A stretch of DNA of 64,000 nucleotides from Balanoglossus misakiensis (taxonomy: Eukaryota > Animalia > Hemichordata), in contig CM082595.2 in the NCBI GenBank assembly GCA_040954595.2, positions 7,484,317 through 7,548,316 on the forward strand, in the 5' to 3' direction. Under the pieces are notes generated by a model. The model did not search any database, was not told where the DNA came from, and was given only the letters and a program-made list of their open reading frames with translations. Both the position numbers and the translations under genes were made by a program. How positions within the stretch are numbered: position 1 is the stretch's first letter; each line of letters begins with the position of its first letter. Shown here in pieces: positions 63,191 through 64,000 of this stretch.

Positions 63191-64000
63191 AATATTTAGT
63201 TTTTCATGAAGCCACAGTTGTGAAGCTTAATTTGTATTAATAAATGTCAAGTAACCTTAGCAAAAGGCATAATTTAGTAATTATATTTAATATTAGGGGA
63301 TAATTAAATTTGTAGGACTAAATTGTAATGATGATTTTCCAGTAAGGGGTAAAACTAGTTAAAGGTATCAGCAGATAGCAATTAGTTTAGATAGATAATA
63401 TGTAGAAAGGGGATAACTACAGAATTGTTAATAATTTGTAGAAGTTTCAGTCCCCCGTGGGACTGTCATTGATAGTGAGTACTGGTCCATGTTTCTGCCT
63501 TGGAAGTAGAGATAGTTTAACTTTTTGTAAGTCTTTCGGGTAATTATTGCAAGTTTATCAGAGCCTAGAGTTTTACAACGTGCATCAGCTAGCTTAACTA
63601 GCCAACAGATGAAAGACTCAACACAATGTATGTATACTATAACATAAAACCTGACCAGTCTATGATAATGTATTAATATTTCCTATTATTTGTTGCAGGT
63701 GATGGGGTTTTGTTAGCAGCCAAGATGCAGTCCGTAGCAATCATTTATACTTGTCATATTTACACAATTTTTCTCATTAGTTTCAGATTTCCATGATGCA
63801 ATACATCCTCCAGTCCAGACGCCAAACTGGTAACCAGGTAACGTGATTCCTGTGGTGTGAGTATGCAAATTAAGTTTGTGTGAGTAACCATTGAAGTACA
63901 TTACATTCCTAAAACCACAATGAAAATCTGAATGTCCCAGAAAGCCAAGATCATGATATGGCTTCGCTTGTGTTTACCTGAAACACTTTGCACTAGTTGC

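Noticed and set aside
60700-64000. Possible decayed LINE on the minus strand (ITLPGYQF...GGCIA; MFNNI...IIPV...NY fragments)
   Set aside because: The hints resemble endonuclease/RT motifs but are too short and degraded to support without a profile search.

Overview
AT-rich, intron-rich animal genomic DNA. An invertebrate deuterostome such as a hemichordate is my guess from gene and repeat style, not something I can prove. (1) 1-25268 is a head-to-tail triplication of a ~9 kb unit carrying a 15-exon PCCB-like (propionyl-CoA carboxylase beta) gene: one 5'-truncated copy and two complete 535-aa copies. All three have a non-canonical acyl-pocket motif (GGGYAVM instead of GGAYDVM). Copy 2 also has a 27-nt patch that changes 8 of 9 residues of a pocket helix, although the copies are otherwise nearly identical. 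(2) 27077-33180 (-) is a spliced gene that joins ORFs the track lists separately into DED + TRADD-N-like + coiled coil + B-box1/B-box2 + coiled coil + filamin + NHL (RING-less TRIM-NHL, about 1050 aa). (3) 35744-48511 (+) is a 4-exon SLC7/CAT-family cationic amino acid transporter (665 aa). (4) The rest is dense with non-autonomous DNA transposons (Kolobok-, Harbinger-, AcademH-, hAT- and Helentron/HINE-like), a decayed hAT transposase, putative Tc1/mariner footprints and simple repeats. I found no RNA genes or CRISPR arrays. All exon and element boundaries were read by eye.
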